Origin: Eledone cirrhosa | Taxonomy: Eukaryota | Direction of reading: 5' to 3' | Length of the DNA: 64,000 bases | Assembly: GCA_964016885.1 (NCBI GenBank) | Contig: OZ024743.1 | Span: forward strand, 376,712,001-376,776,000 | Shown here: piece after piece, positions 42,295 through 57,583 of the stretch | Layout: each line of letters starts with the position of its first letter | Position numbering within the stretch: the first letter of the stretch is position 1 | Translations under genes and position numbers: made by a program | Notes under the pieces: generated by a model | Told to the model about the DNA's origin: nothing | What the model saw: the letters and a program-made list of their open reading frames with translations, nothing else | The model's database searches: none

Positions 42295-42299
<5 letters not shown>
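42023..42299 (-). mobile_element. Fold-back element in (TA)n with 58-bp inverted arms enclosing a hammerhead
   Basis: 42021-42078 is the reverse complement of about 42203-42261. Confidence 0.8.
42141..42183 (-). ncRNA. Minimal type I hammerhead ribozyme
   Basis: Minus strand reads GTAGTC-CTGATGA-tTTCTaacgAGAAt-GAAAC-GC-GTA-GATTAC. Palindromic stem III ACGCGT, GUA triplet. A distal helix CTCGATAAAAGCA/TGCTTTTATCGAG extends stem I across an internal loop. Confidence 0.88.
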
Positions 42300-44411
<2,112 letters not shown>

Positions 44412-44423
44412 TATATATATATG

Positions 44424-44478
<55 letters not shown>

Positions 44479-44662
44479 TTCACCACCTCTTCTACGGCCT
44501 CGATATAAATACCCCCTCCGCCTCCGTGGTATTTTCTTCGGGGTTATAAGAGGCTTAGCTCTGTTTCTCGACCGTTATATCGCGTGACTATCTCCCCCTC
44601 CGCCTTTTGGGATTCTTTCTCACGTCGTGTAGACGCGTTCTTGAGACTAGTAAAATGAGGTA

Positions 44663-44752
44663 TCCTCTTGATAAGTCGGCAGACCTCGCAAGGACTCTAT
44701 ATCTTTATGATATATTGTTTTTGTTTATGCCACGAAACTACGTAGTCGAGGA
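44663..44752 (+). ncRNA. Decayed type I hammerhead within a (TA)n-bounded insert (about 44477-44823)
   Basis: TCCTC-TTGATAA-GTcGGCA..TGCCAC-GAAAC-TACGTA-GTC-GAGGA. Two transitions from CTGATGA; palindromic stem III; GUC triplet. Confidence 0.68.
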
Positions 44753-44821
44753 ATTTAGGAGCAGTTTAGGTATGATACATTTTATTACTAATTATATCTA
44801 AATGTTTCTTCTCTCTTCATA

Positions 44822-44876
<55 letters not shown>

Positions 44877-45419
44877 CATATACGTAAATACAACACATAA
44901 TGGGTGCGCTGATAAGTAATCCTAGATTAAATAAGAACGGAGAAGAAGATGGATATACACTAGGTTGGGGGTAGTAAAAAATGTTAAATGGTCTTTACAA
45001 TAATAGATCTATTAAGTTATTATTGATTTACCATTGTTATGAAATGTTCAAATTAGTTAAGACTCAGTGGAAGAGAAAGAATTAATTTTATTATGGTAAT
45101 AATTATTATATTGGAGTATCAGTGTTAGAAGCTTCCTGTCAATTCTTTGAGTCAACTCACTTCGAGCCGCTGATTTGTGTCCTTCGAGGTAATGTTTCGA
45201 GGCCATTTTGACGATATTTTGCTGTTTTAACAGCTTCCTTACGCCGAGTTTTTCCATTTTCCTACGAAATCTAATACACTCGTGTTTCAAAACTCGATAT
45301 TCTAGTTAATTTTGTTTAAGTGGGATTAAAACTAGTAAAGTTTTAGTTAAATTTAATAACTATTATATTAAACTATTATATGGTTAAGGTTCAGTGAGCA
45401 ACACAAATTTAATATTTAC

Positions 45420-45960
45420 TATAGAATAAATATTGGGAACTTTTATGTGGGCAGGTAGAAAGAATCTCAGATTTTCTGTTTTGGATAACGAAATTAGACT
45501 TTAAAATTGATAAGCATTGCATGGGGCACAAATTACACCTTCGATTTCCAGGCTGATATGATTGGGTAACCTGATTTGAGTCCAAGGTAGTTATCGTTTA
45601 AAGTGTTAAGTTTCTGTTTACTGTTACTTGTATAAACCTTTGATTTAAGATTTAAGTCAGGCAGATTCAGGATGTGTCCGATGTTAAGGACATTACAGAA
45701 GGTGTTTACCCTGTTACTGTCATTATTTCTTTTACGCCTGTTGTTCCCATAATTTGCGTTTTACATTACCTCTATTTTCCCTGCGTTTGTGATTATCGCT
45801 ATAATTACTAGTTTTTCTCGTTGTCTTATTGAATAGAGAACAATTGTTCAGTCTAAATGCATCTTTATTGTTCGAATTGGGTCTATGTAGAGTTATATTA
45901 TACGAGATAATGTTATAATTTTTGCTAACTACATGGGAGTTATCTTTATACACGATTTTA
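45420..45960 (-). pseudogene. Penelope-like element relic (GIY-YIG C-terminus)
   Basis: 45564-45436 translates QSYQPGNRRCNLCPMQCLSILKSNFVIQNRKSEILSTCPHKS, matching the PLE C-terminal CxLC...N.RSE...C.H pattern. Confidence 0.7.
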
Positions 45961-45970
45961 TCATTATATG

Positions 45971-46083
<113 letters not shown>

Positions 46084-46101
46084 CGAGAGAGAGAGACAGA
46101 C

Positions 46102-46162
<61 letters not shown>

Positions 46163-46163
46163 T

Positions 46164-46442
46164 GTTTCTTTTATTTGCCACAAGGGCATCAAAAGTGGGA
46201 CAAGTACAATGGGGGGAGTTTACAAAACAAGGCGTCCTCAATAAGGAGGAGGCAATAACAATATATAAAAATAAAATAAAATATAACAAAAAATAGAATT
46301 ATAACAAAATCCTCAATAGAGAGGAGGCGCCTTGGGGGGTCGCACACACCCCCGAAAAAAGTGTGCAACCCTTTTCCTCAGGAGCACAGAGAGGGGGTGC
46401 TCCCTCGTTCCTTCCTCTTTTCCACCTACAGGCTCATGTAAA
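46164..46442 (-). mobile_element. Tx1-like LINE copy 4 (3' UTR plus last codons) in (GATA)n
   Basis: Near-identical to 17599-17878. (GATA)n on both sides. Confidence 0.92.
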
Positions 46443-47499
46443 GATAGATAGATAGATAGATAGATAAATAAACAAATAGATAGAAAGATAGACACGATGA
46501 ACATCCTCACAGTTTACCACTCCTCTTACTCTTCCATTTCCGATCTTCCACCCTCACCCTATCCCAGTCCCTCTCCCTCTCCCCTCCTCTTCCTTCTCCT
46601 GTACTAATTGTATGAAAGTGTAAATTTCAATATTAATCTATCTAACCCATCCCATAGCATTGAATGTTATGAATGACATGTTTGAAAATGTTATATCACA
46701 CACAAGATTAACTGTTGAAGATCAACTTTGAAAGACAGAAAAGAAGAAAAGAAACCATTCTTTAATCGCCACTATATAATCAAAACATCAGATTGAATAA
46801 ATTCTCTCTCTAACTCTCTCTTTCTGCCATTAGTGTTTGTTATTCTAATTGTCATCTAACATTTCTTCAATTTAATGAACCAAATACAAACCTGTTTAAC
46901 ACTTCAATAAAAACTCTCTTTCTTAATATCCTCATCATTTGCAATTCATGTCTCTATAAAGATCAAATTTGACAATTATTATATGGTTTCTATCTTGGTG
47001 AGCAATCAAAACTCCTTCTTAATTATTGTAATTGCTATTCACAAACATTCAAATGTATTAATGATATTCAAATCAAATTATTCAGCTCGCTTCTAAATAG
47101 CTTTCTTCCACTAAAGAAATCTAACATGAAGACATTGCCAATGAATGGCTGGCACTATTTAAAACACATCTAACCTTACAGCTCCATCATGAAGTCAATG
47201 TTAAACTATTGATAATTCTTTCCATTGTTACTATTTAAACTTTTGCTCTATTATTTTTTTCTTTTTCTTTATCTTGTTGTAGGAAAAGAATACGAAAGGA
47301 TCCTAGCTGACGAGTTCAAAATATTCGGCTACCCATCCACTATAGGTAACGTTAACTTTAATTCATTTTATTAAATATCTTACTAACATTTCGCATTTCG
47401 TGCCCGTCCGTCAGTCCACTTCCGCTTCCGAGTGGTTACCGCAGGCACATTGAATTCAATGTGCACAAGGTAAATCTGGGAGCGGTGACTAATCACTCA

Positions 47500-47731
47500 G
47501 AATCCGAGGTCACTAGAACAGTTAAAGAGCTCAAATGTGGCAAGCCAGCGGGTAAGATGAAATCCGTCACTAGATGTTAAAAGCCTTAAATAAAGAAGGT
47601 GTTCTCTGGTTGACTCGTGTATGCCGGGTGGCCTGGATCTCTTGGAAGGCAACTAAGCAATGGCAGTCAGGGTGATAATCCCAAGTTTAAAAAAGGGAGG
47701 CGAGAGAGATTGTTCCAATTACAGAGAGATC
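47500..47731 (+). pseudogene. LINE reverse transcriptase fragment (RTE-like), domains 0-1
   Basis: With 2 frameshifts and 1 stop it reads SEVTRTVKELKCGKPAG/DEIRH*MLKALNKEGVLWLTRVCRVAW..WQSG/IIPSLKKGGERDCSNYREI. Confidence 0.8.
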
Positions 47732-48045
47732 TTGTAATTGTATAAATGTAACTTTGTACAATGTAACCTTGTGATGTAAACCTGTGTAATAAAACTCTGT
47801 GAAGTAACATTGTACAGTGTAACAATGTAATGTAACACTGTACGATGTGACTTTATAAATAAAATTTTGTATAAAGTTACATTATACATTGTCACATAAG
47901 TGGAGACATGATCTGTGTGCTTTAGAATTTCGTATAGTATCGGCGTAGTTTCAGGTCCACGCCTAATGCGTGGCATCTTTGCCAAATGTCTTCTACTATA
48001 GCCTAGGGTTGATCAATGCTTTGTGAGTGATATTGCATTGCCCCT

Positions 48046-48100
<55 letters not shown>

Positions 48101-48103
<3 letters not shown>

Positions 48104-48156
48104 TATAGAAATGGCTTCTACAGGACCAGAACTGTTTCATTCGAGAGTGATCATCA
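48101..48156 (-). mobile_element. 56-bp stub between (TA)n tracts, truncated inside a hammerhead-like core; second copy at about 49943-49985 (+)
   Basis: Minus strand reads TGATGA-tcactctcgaat-GAAACAGTT-ctggtcctgtagaagccatttct. Confidence 0.5.
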
Positions 48157-48254
48157 TATATATATATATATTTGAAAAAGGAAAAGAATGACTTCACTTG
48201 TAGTTCTAAACAATTTGATTTAATTTTATAATATTATAATATTATAATATTATG

Positions 48255-48600
48255 AGTACCAGTAATGCACTGGGTAATTGCTGGCCTTGTGCCTAAAGTA
48301 GAAACAATTATAATATTATGAGTTGGTAGATCTAGTAAGTTCGTTGTTAACTCCGGTGGGAAGATTTTTAAAGATTCCTGGTTAACTTTCTTGGAGAACT
48401 TTCTCGCATTCGTCGGTGGCGATCGTCAAAGTGAGATCAAAGCGCATTATTTTACGTTGCTCCAGTTCACTCAGCTAAAAATGCTTGCCAGTGGCACCTG
48501 GAGATTAGCCGTGACGGACTGGTGCTATGCAGGTGTGTGGTCTTGCACTTTCAGTCACATAAAGCCTTACGAAACCAGGATAAGTTCTGGCCTGCGTAGA
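48255..48600 (+). mobile_element. SINE fragments (family A tail 48255-48310; family B core about 48445-48600)
   Basis: AGTACCAGTAATGCACTGGG..GTAGAAACAATT; TTTTACGTTGCTCCAGTTCACTCAGC. Confidence 0.7.
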
Positions 48601-48888
48601 TATATAAAATACAGAAAAGTGGGAGAGCAAACAATGAACTTACATGAAGATAAATATCGATTCTTAAGGTTTATACAGATCTGTTTCCAGTGGAAAAGAG
48701 ATAACACAGTTTACCATTATTAGATAATAGGCATCATTAAGATGTTTGGCTCTCCTCAGTAGCAACATCTTACTCATTGCACATAACTCCAGCCGTCAGC
48801 CTTGCAGTCAAATCACAAACTGTGATATACTAGATTAGTTGCACAACCGTTAATAAACATATTAAACAGTTTATTAACTGTTGTGGAA

Positions 48889-48923
<35 letters not shown>

Positions 48924-49518
48924 ATACTTGGGGAGGGTCATATTGTTCTAATACTATTGCCAGAAATAATAACAGAACGCACTCACTGTTTGGTTGGCTT
49001 TCTTTTTCACTTCTGCAACTTTTATATCTCCATAGTTAATTCATTTGGCCATCAAAGCTTATCACTGACTGACCAACGGTCAAACATAGAGATATAACTA
49101 TATACAAATGAATATATGAGAGGGATGAACACCGATACATGTATACATGTGTTCGAATTGTAAATGACCAAGTTAGTTAGGTTGAAAAATACTAATTTAA
49201 AATAATACGGTTTGCCTGTCTTGAATTAAAGTAATAAATCAAGAAAAATAACAAACCTATATTCAGCAATGGCCGTGATACCCGGACAGATTCTAAATCT
49301 GTTTCGCAACAATTATTAAGTGAAAGTCACTATCCCTGTGCTCTTCTGCGGGTATCCAGGAAATTCGCACCTTCCACTTCGAAAGACTTAAGAAGACTGA
49401 GAACTATGTGTTGTTGAACGCACATGTCACAGCGCCTAACTCGTCTCATACTCGTGCCGCTAAAAATAGCAACCGGCTTTATGGGACTAAAGTTAGCTCT
49501 ACGTATGGACCGAGAATT

Positions 49519-49600
49519 TCATATATTGAGTTATAAACTCAAAATAGTCTTTTACAACTAATTCTAAAAGACTATTTTGAGTTTATAACTCAATATATGA
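49519..49600. repeat. Perfect ~36-bp-arm hairpin at the end of a (TA)n-bounded insert (about 48920-49605)
   Basis: TCATATATTGAGTTATAAACTCAAAATAGTCTTTTA and its reverse complement with a ~10-nt loop. Confidence 0.9.
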
Positions 49601-49602
49601 TA

Positions 49603-49681
<79 letters not shown>

Positions 49682-49684
<3 letters not shown>

Positions 49685-49884
49685 AGAAAAACCACAGACC
49701 CTCCATCTCAATTCACCTTTTGAAAAGCAGAAGAACTGCGAAACCGGTAAAGGAACCAAATAAATATATATATTTTTTTTAAAAATAAGACTCCAGTTGC
49801 ATTTTCGATTTCATCTCTTTTTCTTTGTACTTTCACTCGTGTAGGACACCTCGGTTATTTTTCATTTTGTAAAAAAAACCTCAC

Positions 49885-49890
<6 letters not shown>
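49682..49890 (+). mobile_element. (TA)n-bounded element, family Y copy 1, with hammerhead 3' half
   Basis: CTGC-GAAAC-CG-GTA-AAGGAACC (palindromic ACCGGT). Homologous to 51651-51843. Confidence 0.7.
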
Positions 49891-49923
<33 letters not shown>

Positions 49924-50061
49924 AACAAAGGATTATTTCTTTAGAATGAAATAGTTTTAGTCCTGTAGAAGCCATTTCTCTATTAAACTTGTTGTTTACA
50001 CTTTATTAATGTATTGAGTAACTTACTAACTGTGGTTACCCCCCGATTGAACCAATGACTG

Positions 50062-50104
<43 letters not shown>

Positions 50105-50466
50105 CTGTTTCGCACTTACGAGGCGAACATTGCAATGATACCCTCGTAAGATTTAAAGAAACCGTACTATTGTAGTAAATCAATCTGTTGTATTTTTTAG
50201 AAAATGTATCTGAGCACCCGCCTTTATCCGGCTTACTGATATTCTCGTCTTAAGTAACAAATCAACCTGTACTCACACGCGCGTGTGCACAAACACACAC
50301 ACAGTCACTCACACACACACAGATATATAGAAACACACACACACACACATATATATATATATGATATATATATAATCTATCATATAATATAAATCTATGT
50401 ACATATACACATATATATATATATGCATATACGTATATATTAATGTATATACATATATATATATAT

Positions 50467-50504
<38 letters not shown>

Positions 50505-50559
50505 GTATATAAATATGTGTGCGTGTGTGTGTATCTATGTATACATATATGTATATATG

Positions 50560-50736
<177 letters not shown>

Positions 50737-51596
50737 ATATATATATATACATATATACATATATATATATATGTTTTATTTCCAATTTAATTGTCTACAC
50801 ACCCGCAATCATCTCCCACACCCATCCCTACCACTTTGCTATTTCTCCTTCTCTATATCTGTATATCTGTGTGTGTGTGTGTGTGTGTGTGTGCGTATGT
50901 GAGTGTGTGAGTGCGTGTGTGTGTATGTTTATGCGTGTGTTTATATGTGTGTGTATATTCATGTGTATGTGCGTTTGTGTGTATGTGTGTGCGTGTGTCT
51001 GCATATCTGTATAGATGTATGTATAAATATATGTGTGTATGTATATGTGTATATATGTGGGTGTATATGTATGTATATGTGTATATATATGTGTTATGTG
51101 TGTTTATGTATGTGTGTGTGTATATATGTTTATATATCTACTGAGTCACGACAACTTTCAATAATAACAACAACAGTAAAATGTCAACTACAGTATATAG
51201 AGACATTCGGAGACATTTTCAAGTATTTCAATCACTGAATGCCTCACACCATGTTATTGTAAATCCATTCAGCTGTTTATAGCAATGACAGCCCTTTAAA
51301 ATATCTGACTGTAACATGATAGAAATGGAGACAAGGTTTAATTGTTTACATATCGCCTGATAGTAAAAACTAAAGGGGCTGGGATATATGTATCTGAAGA
51401 CTGGAGATTTGGGTTCAGTTCGTGATAAATACTAAATATATATATCAGGTTTTATTTCATATATAGTTATGTAATGTTGTAATGTTTATTGTCTATCTGT
51501 TACGAAAGTAACACTATTTAATTTGAAGGTAGAGAATAATGTATTAGTGTGTGTGTATGTGTGGATACTCAGTGATATATATATATATAGGTGTGT

Positions 51597-51650
<54 letters not shown>

Positions 51651-51840
51651 TAAAAAATATATATATTTATTTGGTTCCTTTACCGGTTTCGCAGTTCTTC
51701 TGCTTTTCAAAAGTAGAGTTGAGATGGAGGGTCTGTGGTTTTTCTCACATCTTACTGCGAAACCGGTAAAGGAACCAAATAAATATATATATTTTTTTAA
51801 AAATAAGACTCCAGTTGCATTTTCGATTTCATCTTTTTTG

Positions 51841-51843
<3 letters not shown>
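51651..51843 (+). mobile_element. Family Y copy 2 with inverted 5' arm (51651-51750)
   Basis: 51651-51750 is the reverse complement of about 49680-49781, and 51755-51843 matches about 49735-49826 directly. Confidence 0.8.
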
Positions 51844-51909
<66 letters not shown>

Positions 51910-52223
51910 TATGTGTGTGTGTATATATAAATTAGTTTGAAAAACAGTCAGATAAAATTTAGCCACTTTTTCTTCTTAGTCCGAAGAAATTAACTAGACA
52001 AATAATCATTTAAACGTTTAAAATGTAAGTTTGAAGAAATAATAGATAAATGTTACCAATATTCCTCAAGTCCGACAGTCATATATTCTCCCCCCTCTCT
52101 CTCTCCCTCTCTCGCTCTCTCTTTCTCTTTCTCTCTATAAATGTTTATATATATAATATATGTTTGTGTATGTGTGCGTATGTGTGTATATGTATAGTAT
52201 ATATATATATATGTATATATACG

Positions 52224-52256
<33 letters not shown>

Positions 52257-52279
52257 ATATATATTATATATATATATAT

Positions 52280-52332
<53 letters not shown>

Positions 52333-52364
52333 AATATATATGTATATATATATGTATATATATA

Positions 52365-52563
52365 ACAAAGGAATTGTGGTAAGGAACCAAATGGACCATA
52401 ACGCACCAGAGTACTCAATAATTAGGGTAGTAGAGTGGGAAATAGGCAAAAGTATGACCCCGACGGCAGAGCTCAAGCCGTTTCGACGGCTAATTCTGGA
52501 CTATTGTCCAGAAATAGCCGTCGAAACGGCTTGAGATCTGCCGTCGGGGTCATACTTTTCCTA
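52365..52563 (-). mobile_element. Family X copy 3, ending in a ~59-bp-arm hairpin
   Basis: Arms at 52443-52501 and 52506-52564, loop TATT. Each arm has GAAACGGC..GCCGTC (stem III plus GUC). Confidence 0.82.
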
Positions 52564-52580
52564 TATATATATATAATATA

Positions 52581-52627
<47 letters not shown>

Positions 52628-52768
52628 GGGGGGAGAGAGAGAGAGAATATACATACATGCATAGATACACACACATATATATTACATATACATGCACACA
52701 AGTATATATATATATATATATAAAATAAAATAAATAAGTCAAATATTTAAAATGTGGCTTCGTTTATT

Positions 52769-52823
52769 ACTGCTATATATATTTCGGTGACAGCCATCTT
52801 TGGCTGTGACCTCGTCAGGCAGT
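52769..52823 (-). ncRNA. Type I hammerhead ribozyme within a (TA)n-bounded insert (about 52725-52937)
   Basis: Minus strand reads ACTGC-CTGACGA-GGTcACAGCCA-aaga-TGGCTGTcACC-GAAATATATATA-GCAGT: intact core, 10-bp stem II, palindromic AUAUAUAU stem III, AUA triplet. Confidence 0.9.
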
Positions 52824-53146
52824 CCGAATTAGTGTGGTAGAGACGAGTCCACATGTTGTTCAGGTGTTTAACTTTGTCAATCCTCTGATATGCCCAGTTC
52901 CTGGTTAGGTTGTTATTTCTCTGAGGAACTGGAATCATATATATATATATATATATGTGTGTGTCTGTGCTTGCATGCATACACACATTCATACATACAC
53001 ACTTATATCGAAACATGCAAACATACATACAAAAACACACGCCTTGAAATTAGTATTTAAAAAATATAGTGTGCGTGATTGAGTGCGTATGTGTTTGCGT
53101 GTGTGTGTATTTGTGCGTGACTGAGTGTGTTTGTGTGTGTGTATGT

Positions 53147-53214
<68 letters not shown>

Positions 53215-53583
53215 TCAGAAGTCAAAATAAGGAAATTTGTGAGAGTGGGAGGAGATAGAAGAGGAAATGAGAGAGAGAAGGAGAAAGAATGAAGTGGAGA
53301 CAGATTGAGAGGGGAGAGACAGAGACCGTTTAAAAAAAAAAAAAAGAGAGAGAGAGAGAGAGAGATGAGAGTGAGAGACGAGGATGAAAGAGGGACCAAC
53401 AGGAAGAGACAAATGACATTAGGTGACACATACTATCACGTGACCAAATGGAAAGGGCCAAAGACAGTTTATAACGTGAACAAATGAGAAAAGCAGATGA
53501 GATATTACGTGACCAAATGGAAAACACATGACATGTCACATGACCAAATAGAAACAGTTGACCATAGAAGTAACAATAGAGTT

Positions 53584-54010
53584 ATCCGCCGCCAACTTAG
53601 TCGCCTCGGCCATAAACCCCGGTACCGCGACTCACAGTGTCGAGGACATGAAGACAAGGAAATACCGCAAGTTCTCCGGCCGCTTCCACTTTGTACCGGT
53701 CGCCATCGAGACCTGAGGTCCCCTCGGACCCTCATTAGTTGACCTCTTCCGTAAAATCGGATGGACAGCAGCCCGTCTGAGGAAGAAGTCCCGCAGGGGT
53801 GGGCTGGCTGTTGCAGCATGTGTTGCTGGCCATTGTCCACGGGGCGCAGCCGAAAGACCCCTCCAACCTAGATGTAGAGTATGTCACCCTCTCCTCTTCC
53901 CCTTTCTTTCTTTGTCTAGTACTCATTGCTCCCCCCCCCCCTCCTTTTCCTCTCATTTATGGCATTTATAGTCCTTCCCAATACTGCTCTCTTTTTCTGT
54001 ATATTAAATA
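53584..54010 (+). mobile_element. CRE-clade non-LTR retrotransposon 3' relic (restriction-like endonuclease C-terminus)
   Basis: GC-rich island translating HSVEDMKTRKYRKFSGRFHFVPVAIET*GPLGPSLVDLFRKIG, then frameshifted WLLQHVLLAIVHG. This matches the K..KY...F.P.A.ET.G..G...Q....AI.RG pattern. Confidence 0.75.
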
Positions 54011-54033
54011 TATGGCATTATATGGTGGTAAGT

Positions 54034-54253
54034 AGGGTGGTGGATTAACAGTATCGGTAGAGGATCGGATGCCATGCGTTACAGCATAGAGTTACGGCCC
54101 TTTATGATCTGAGTTCAAATCCTGTCGAGGTTAACTTTGCCTTTCAACCTTACGGGGTCGATAAAATAAAGTACCAGTAATACATTGGGGTGATTTAATC
54201 GACTTCCCATTCCCTCAAAATTGCTGGCCTTGTGCCGATATAAGAAACCATTA
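54034..54253 (+). mobile_element. SINE family A, full length, with probable target-site duplication
   Basis: Complete head and core. CATTATATGGYGGTAAGTA occurs on both sides (about 54016 and 54250). Confidence 0.9.
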
Positions 54254-54409
54254 TATGGCGGTAAGTAATATAGAGATGTTTACATTTATTAAGCTATGGA
54301 GTTGGGTAGCGTAGGTGTAACGTATTATGTAAGTGTGAAAAAAGAAAATTTATTAAGACAGTATAGAAAGCAATATTAAGGTGGTTGAAAATCATTTGAA
54401 TGGATTGAG

Positions 54410-55255
54410 TGTTTCTACTTAGCAAGGATTTGGTCTTGAGATGTAGACATACTCTAAAAAGTTCTTTGAGTTCAAATAATTATTGTTCGCAAACAACAAA
54501 CTTTTTACTGAGGTAGAAATAACGTCTCTTGGTACTTGGTTGTGCTGGTTCTCAAGTCAGAGTTCCTTCAGGAGTGGAGATGCGAGTAAAAGCGTTGTTT
54601 AAAAACAATATTGTACTATAGCCGCGTATCTTTCGCTAACTTCAGAATTTTCTGTGGTGTAATTTCTGCCTCACACACAATAGATTTGATATTACATTTC
54701 TGTTGGAGAAGGCAGATTACTTTAATCCTACAAGGTCAACTTGGATTTACGTCGGGTATATTCTTTGCAGCAAATTATAATCTCATTGACGGGCAACAGG
54801 AATAGAATATCCTGACGGAATTGAGATTGAAGATTTTACTGTATCGCTGTTGTGGCATGAAATGTCTATCGATTAGATCTAAACACTTCTTACCTACATT
54901 AGTCTTTACTTTAAGCGAAAAGGTGAGTGCGAGCCAGAAAATAATGGGGGGGGGGGGGCATTTTTAATATGGTTGGGTTTAGATTAATTAGGTTTATACT
55001 TAATTTTGTCCTTAAAATCGCTATCTAGGAAGGCTTGGTTGTAAAATGGCGCAGCCATATCAAATATCTCACTGGTTGCTGATAGATTTGAGATCTTACT
55101 ACTTATATGAGAAACTAGGTTTTAAAAACTGCGGGGCGTAGCATCACCTTTTATTAATATATTACAATTTTATGTTTGTTTTATAATATGGTTTATACAA
55201 AGCTGTGGTTAGGTCTAAGTTGACAGCAGGGAAATTTACATTAGTAAGGTTCGTG
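54410..55255 (-). pseudogene. Penelope-like element relic: RT C-terminus, thumb, Cys linker and GIY-YIG endonuclease
   Basis: Manual minus-strand translation across stops and frameshifts gives NVNFPAVNLDLTTALYKPYYK, KISNLSATSEIFDMAAPFYNQAF, TNVGKKCLDLIDRHF..SKIFNLNSVRIFYSC, CRIKVICLLQQKC..IVCEAEI, FKQRFYSHLHS and ELFRVCLH. Confidence 0.82.
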
Positions 55256-55552
55256 TCAAGTCCATTGTATGACTTTTCCAGTGTCGATAACGTAAGTATT
55301 AGGGTCGATATAAACGATTAAATAAAGGCAGTCTAATGAAATAAGGCTAGAGAGAATATAAGAAAACTTAATCACGGTGGTGTTTCCATTAGCCCATATT
55401 TGGAAGAAAAGCTGTTCCCTATATATATATATATGTGTGTGTGTGCACGCGTGTGTGTGTGTGTTACGTGCGTGATAGTGAGGTAGTTGTCTGTTCTTCT
55501 TATGTAACTGTTTATCTTCGTGCATTTTCTGCTGAATGATACATGCTTCCTG

Positions 55553-55625
<73 letters not shown>

Positions 55626-55731
55626 TGTGTGTGCATATATATACATATATATATATATATATACATACTTATATATATGTGTGTGTGTGTCTATGTGTGT
55701 GTCTGTGTGTGTGTGTATGTATGTATGTATA

Positions 55732-55806
<75 letters not shown>

Positions 55807-55908
55807 ATACATTCTTACAAACGTTTATATATATATATACACAGAGCCATAGCTATTCACATGCTATCAAACTAATCATTTCTGTTTTAAATTTTATTTA
55901 TACTTTTA

Positions 55909-55942
<34 letters not shown>

Positions 55943-56139
55943 ATATTTTTATCCATTTCAAAAATGCTTTTTTCTTAATTAGAAAATCCAATATCTCTCA
56001 TTTTAACAAAAGCATATTTTTGCTCCTCGAAAATATCTGAAAATGCTATTTAATAGGCAGATAATATTATATATTGCATTGGCTCCTCTTAATATTCTCT
56101 TTTGTTTCTAAACTCGATTAGACTTTAAATACAATGGTG

Positions 56140-56190
<51 letters not shown>

Positions 56191-56200
56191 TATATGTATG

Positions 56201-56323
<123 letters not shown>

Positions 56324-56471
56324 GTATATGTTTTGGAGTTTTCCTTCTTTCAAGGAATATTGTACAATCCTTAGCAGATCCATTATAGAGATATGACATA
56401 GTTATATACACACATCCATATAGATATAGATAGATACATACATAGATACATCCATACATACATATATATAC

Positions 56472-56553
<82 letters not shown>

Positions 56554-56666
56554 TATATATATATTCATGCATATATTTATATGTTAGTCTGATAGCATGT
56601 GCATAGATAGGGGTATATACACATATCTGTATATATATATATATATATATACATACATACATACAT

Positions 56667-56780
<114 letters not shown>

Positions 56781-56803
56781 TATATGTACATATACCTGTG
56801 TAT

Positions 56804-56875
<72 letters not shown>

Positions 56876-56904
56876 CTGTGTATGTGTGTGTGTGTACATA
56901 TATC

Positions 56905-56985
<81 letters not shown>

Positions 56986-57030
56986 GTATATATACATATA
57001 TATGTATATATGTGTGTGTGTGTATGTATG

Positions 57031-57128
<98 letters not shown>

Positions 57129-57583
57129 CATGCATATATTTGACAAGACTAAGATATGTAATAAAATTTTTATCTGCTTAAAGAGCTAACCAATTTTTTG
57201 GTGAGGCGATGGGATGTCATGGGAAAGAGTCTCACAGAAGATTAAAGAAATAAGGGTTTTTGCCTCTCTTATAAGAGTTCCTTTTATAATTATATTTTGA
57301 ATCTATTAAGTGTTACTTTTGTTTGTATGTTTTTTGTGTGCTTTTTTGCTTAGTTTTGCTTTGTTTTGTTGTGTTTTCTTGGTTTGTTCTTTAATAAATC
57401 CACTCATCTTTTTTAATGAAATCAAATTAATACGAAAACTAATTAGGTTTTGTCGTATGGAGGAGAGAAACTTGCTTCAAAAGATTGAAATGTTTCAAAC
57501 AAATAATACTAATAATAATAAATAATAAGATAATGAAAATAAAGATAATAATAAGGATAATAATGAAAACAACAATAATAACG

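Noticed and set aside
50104-50152. Hairpin CTTACGAGG/CCTCGTAAG followed by GAAACAGTA on minus, next to (TA)n
   Set aside because: Suggestive of a hammerhead half, but no core and no second copy in the window.
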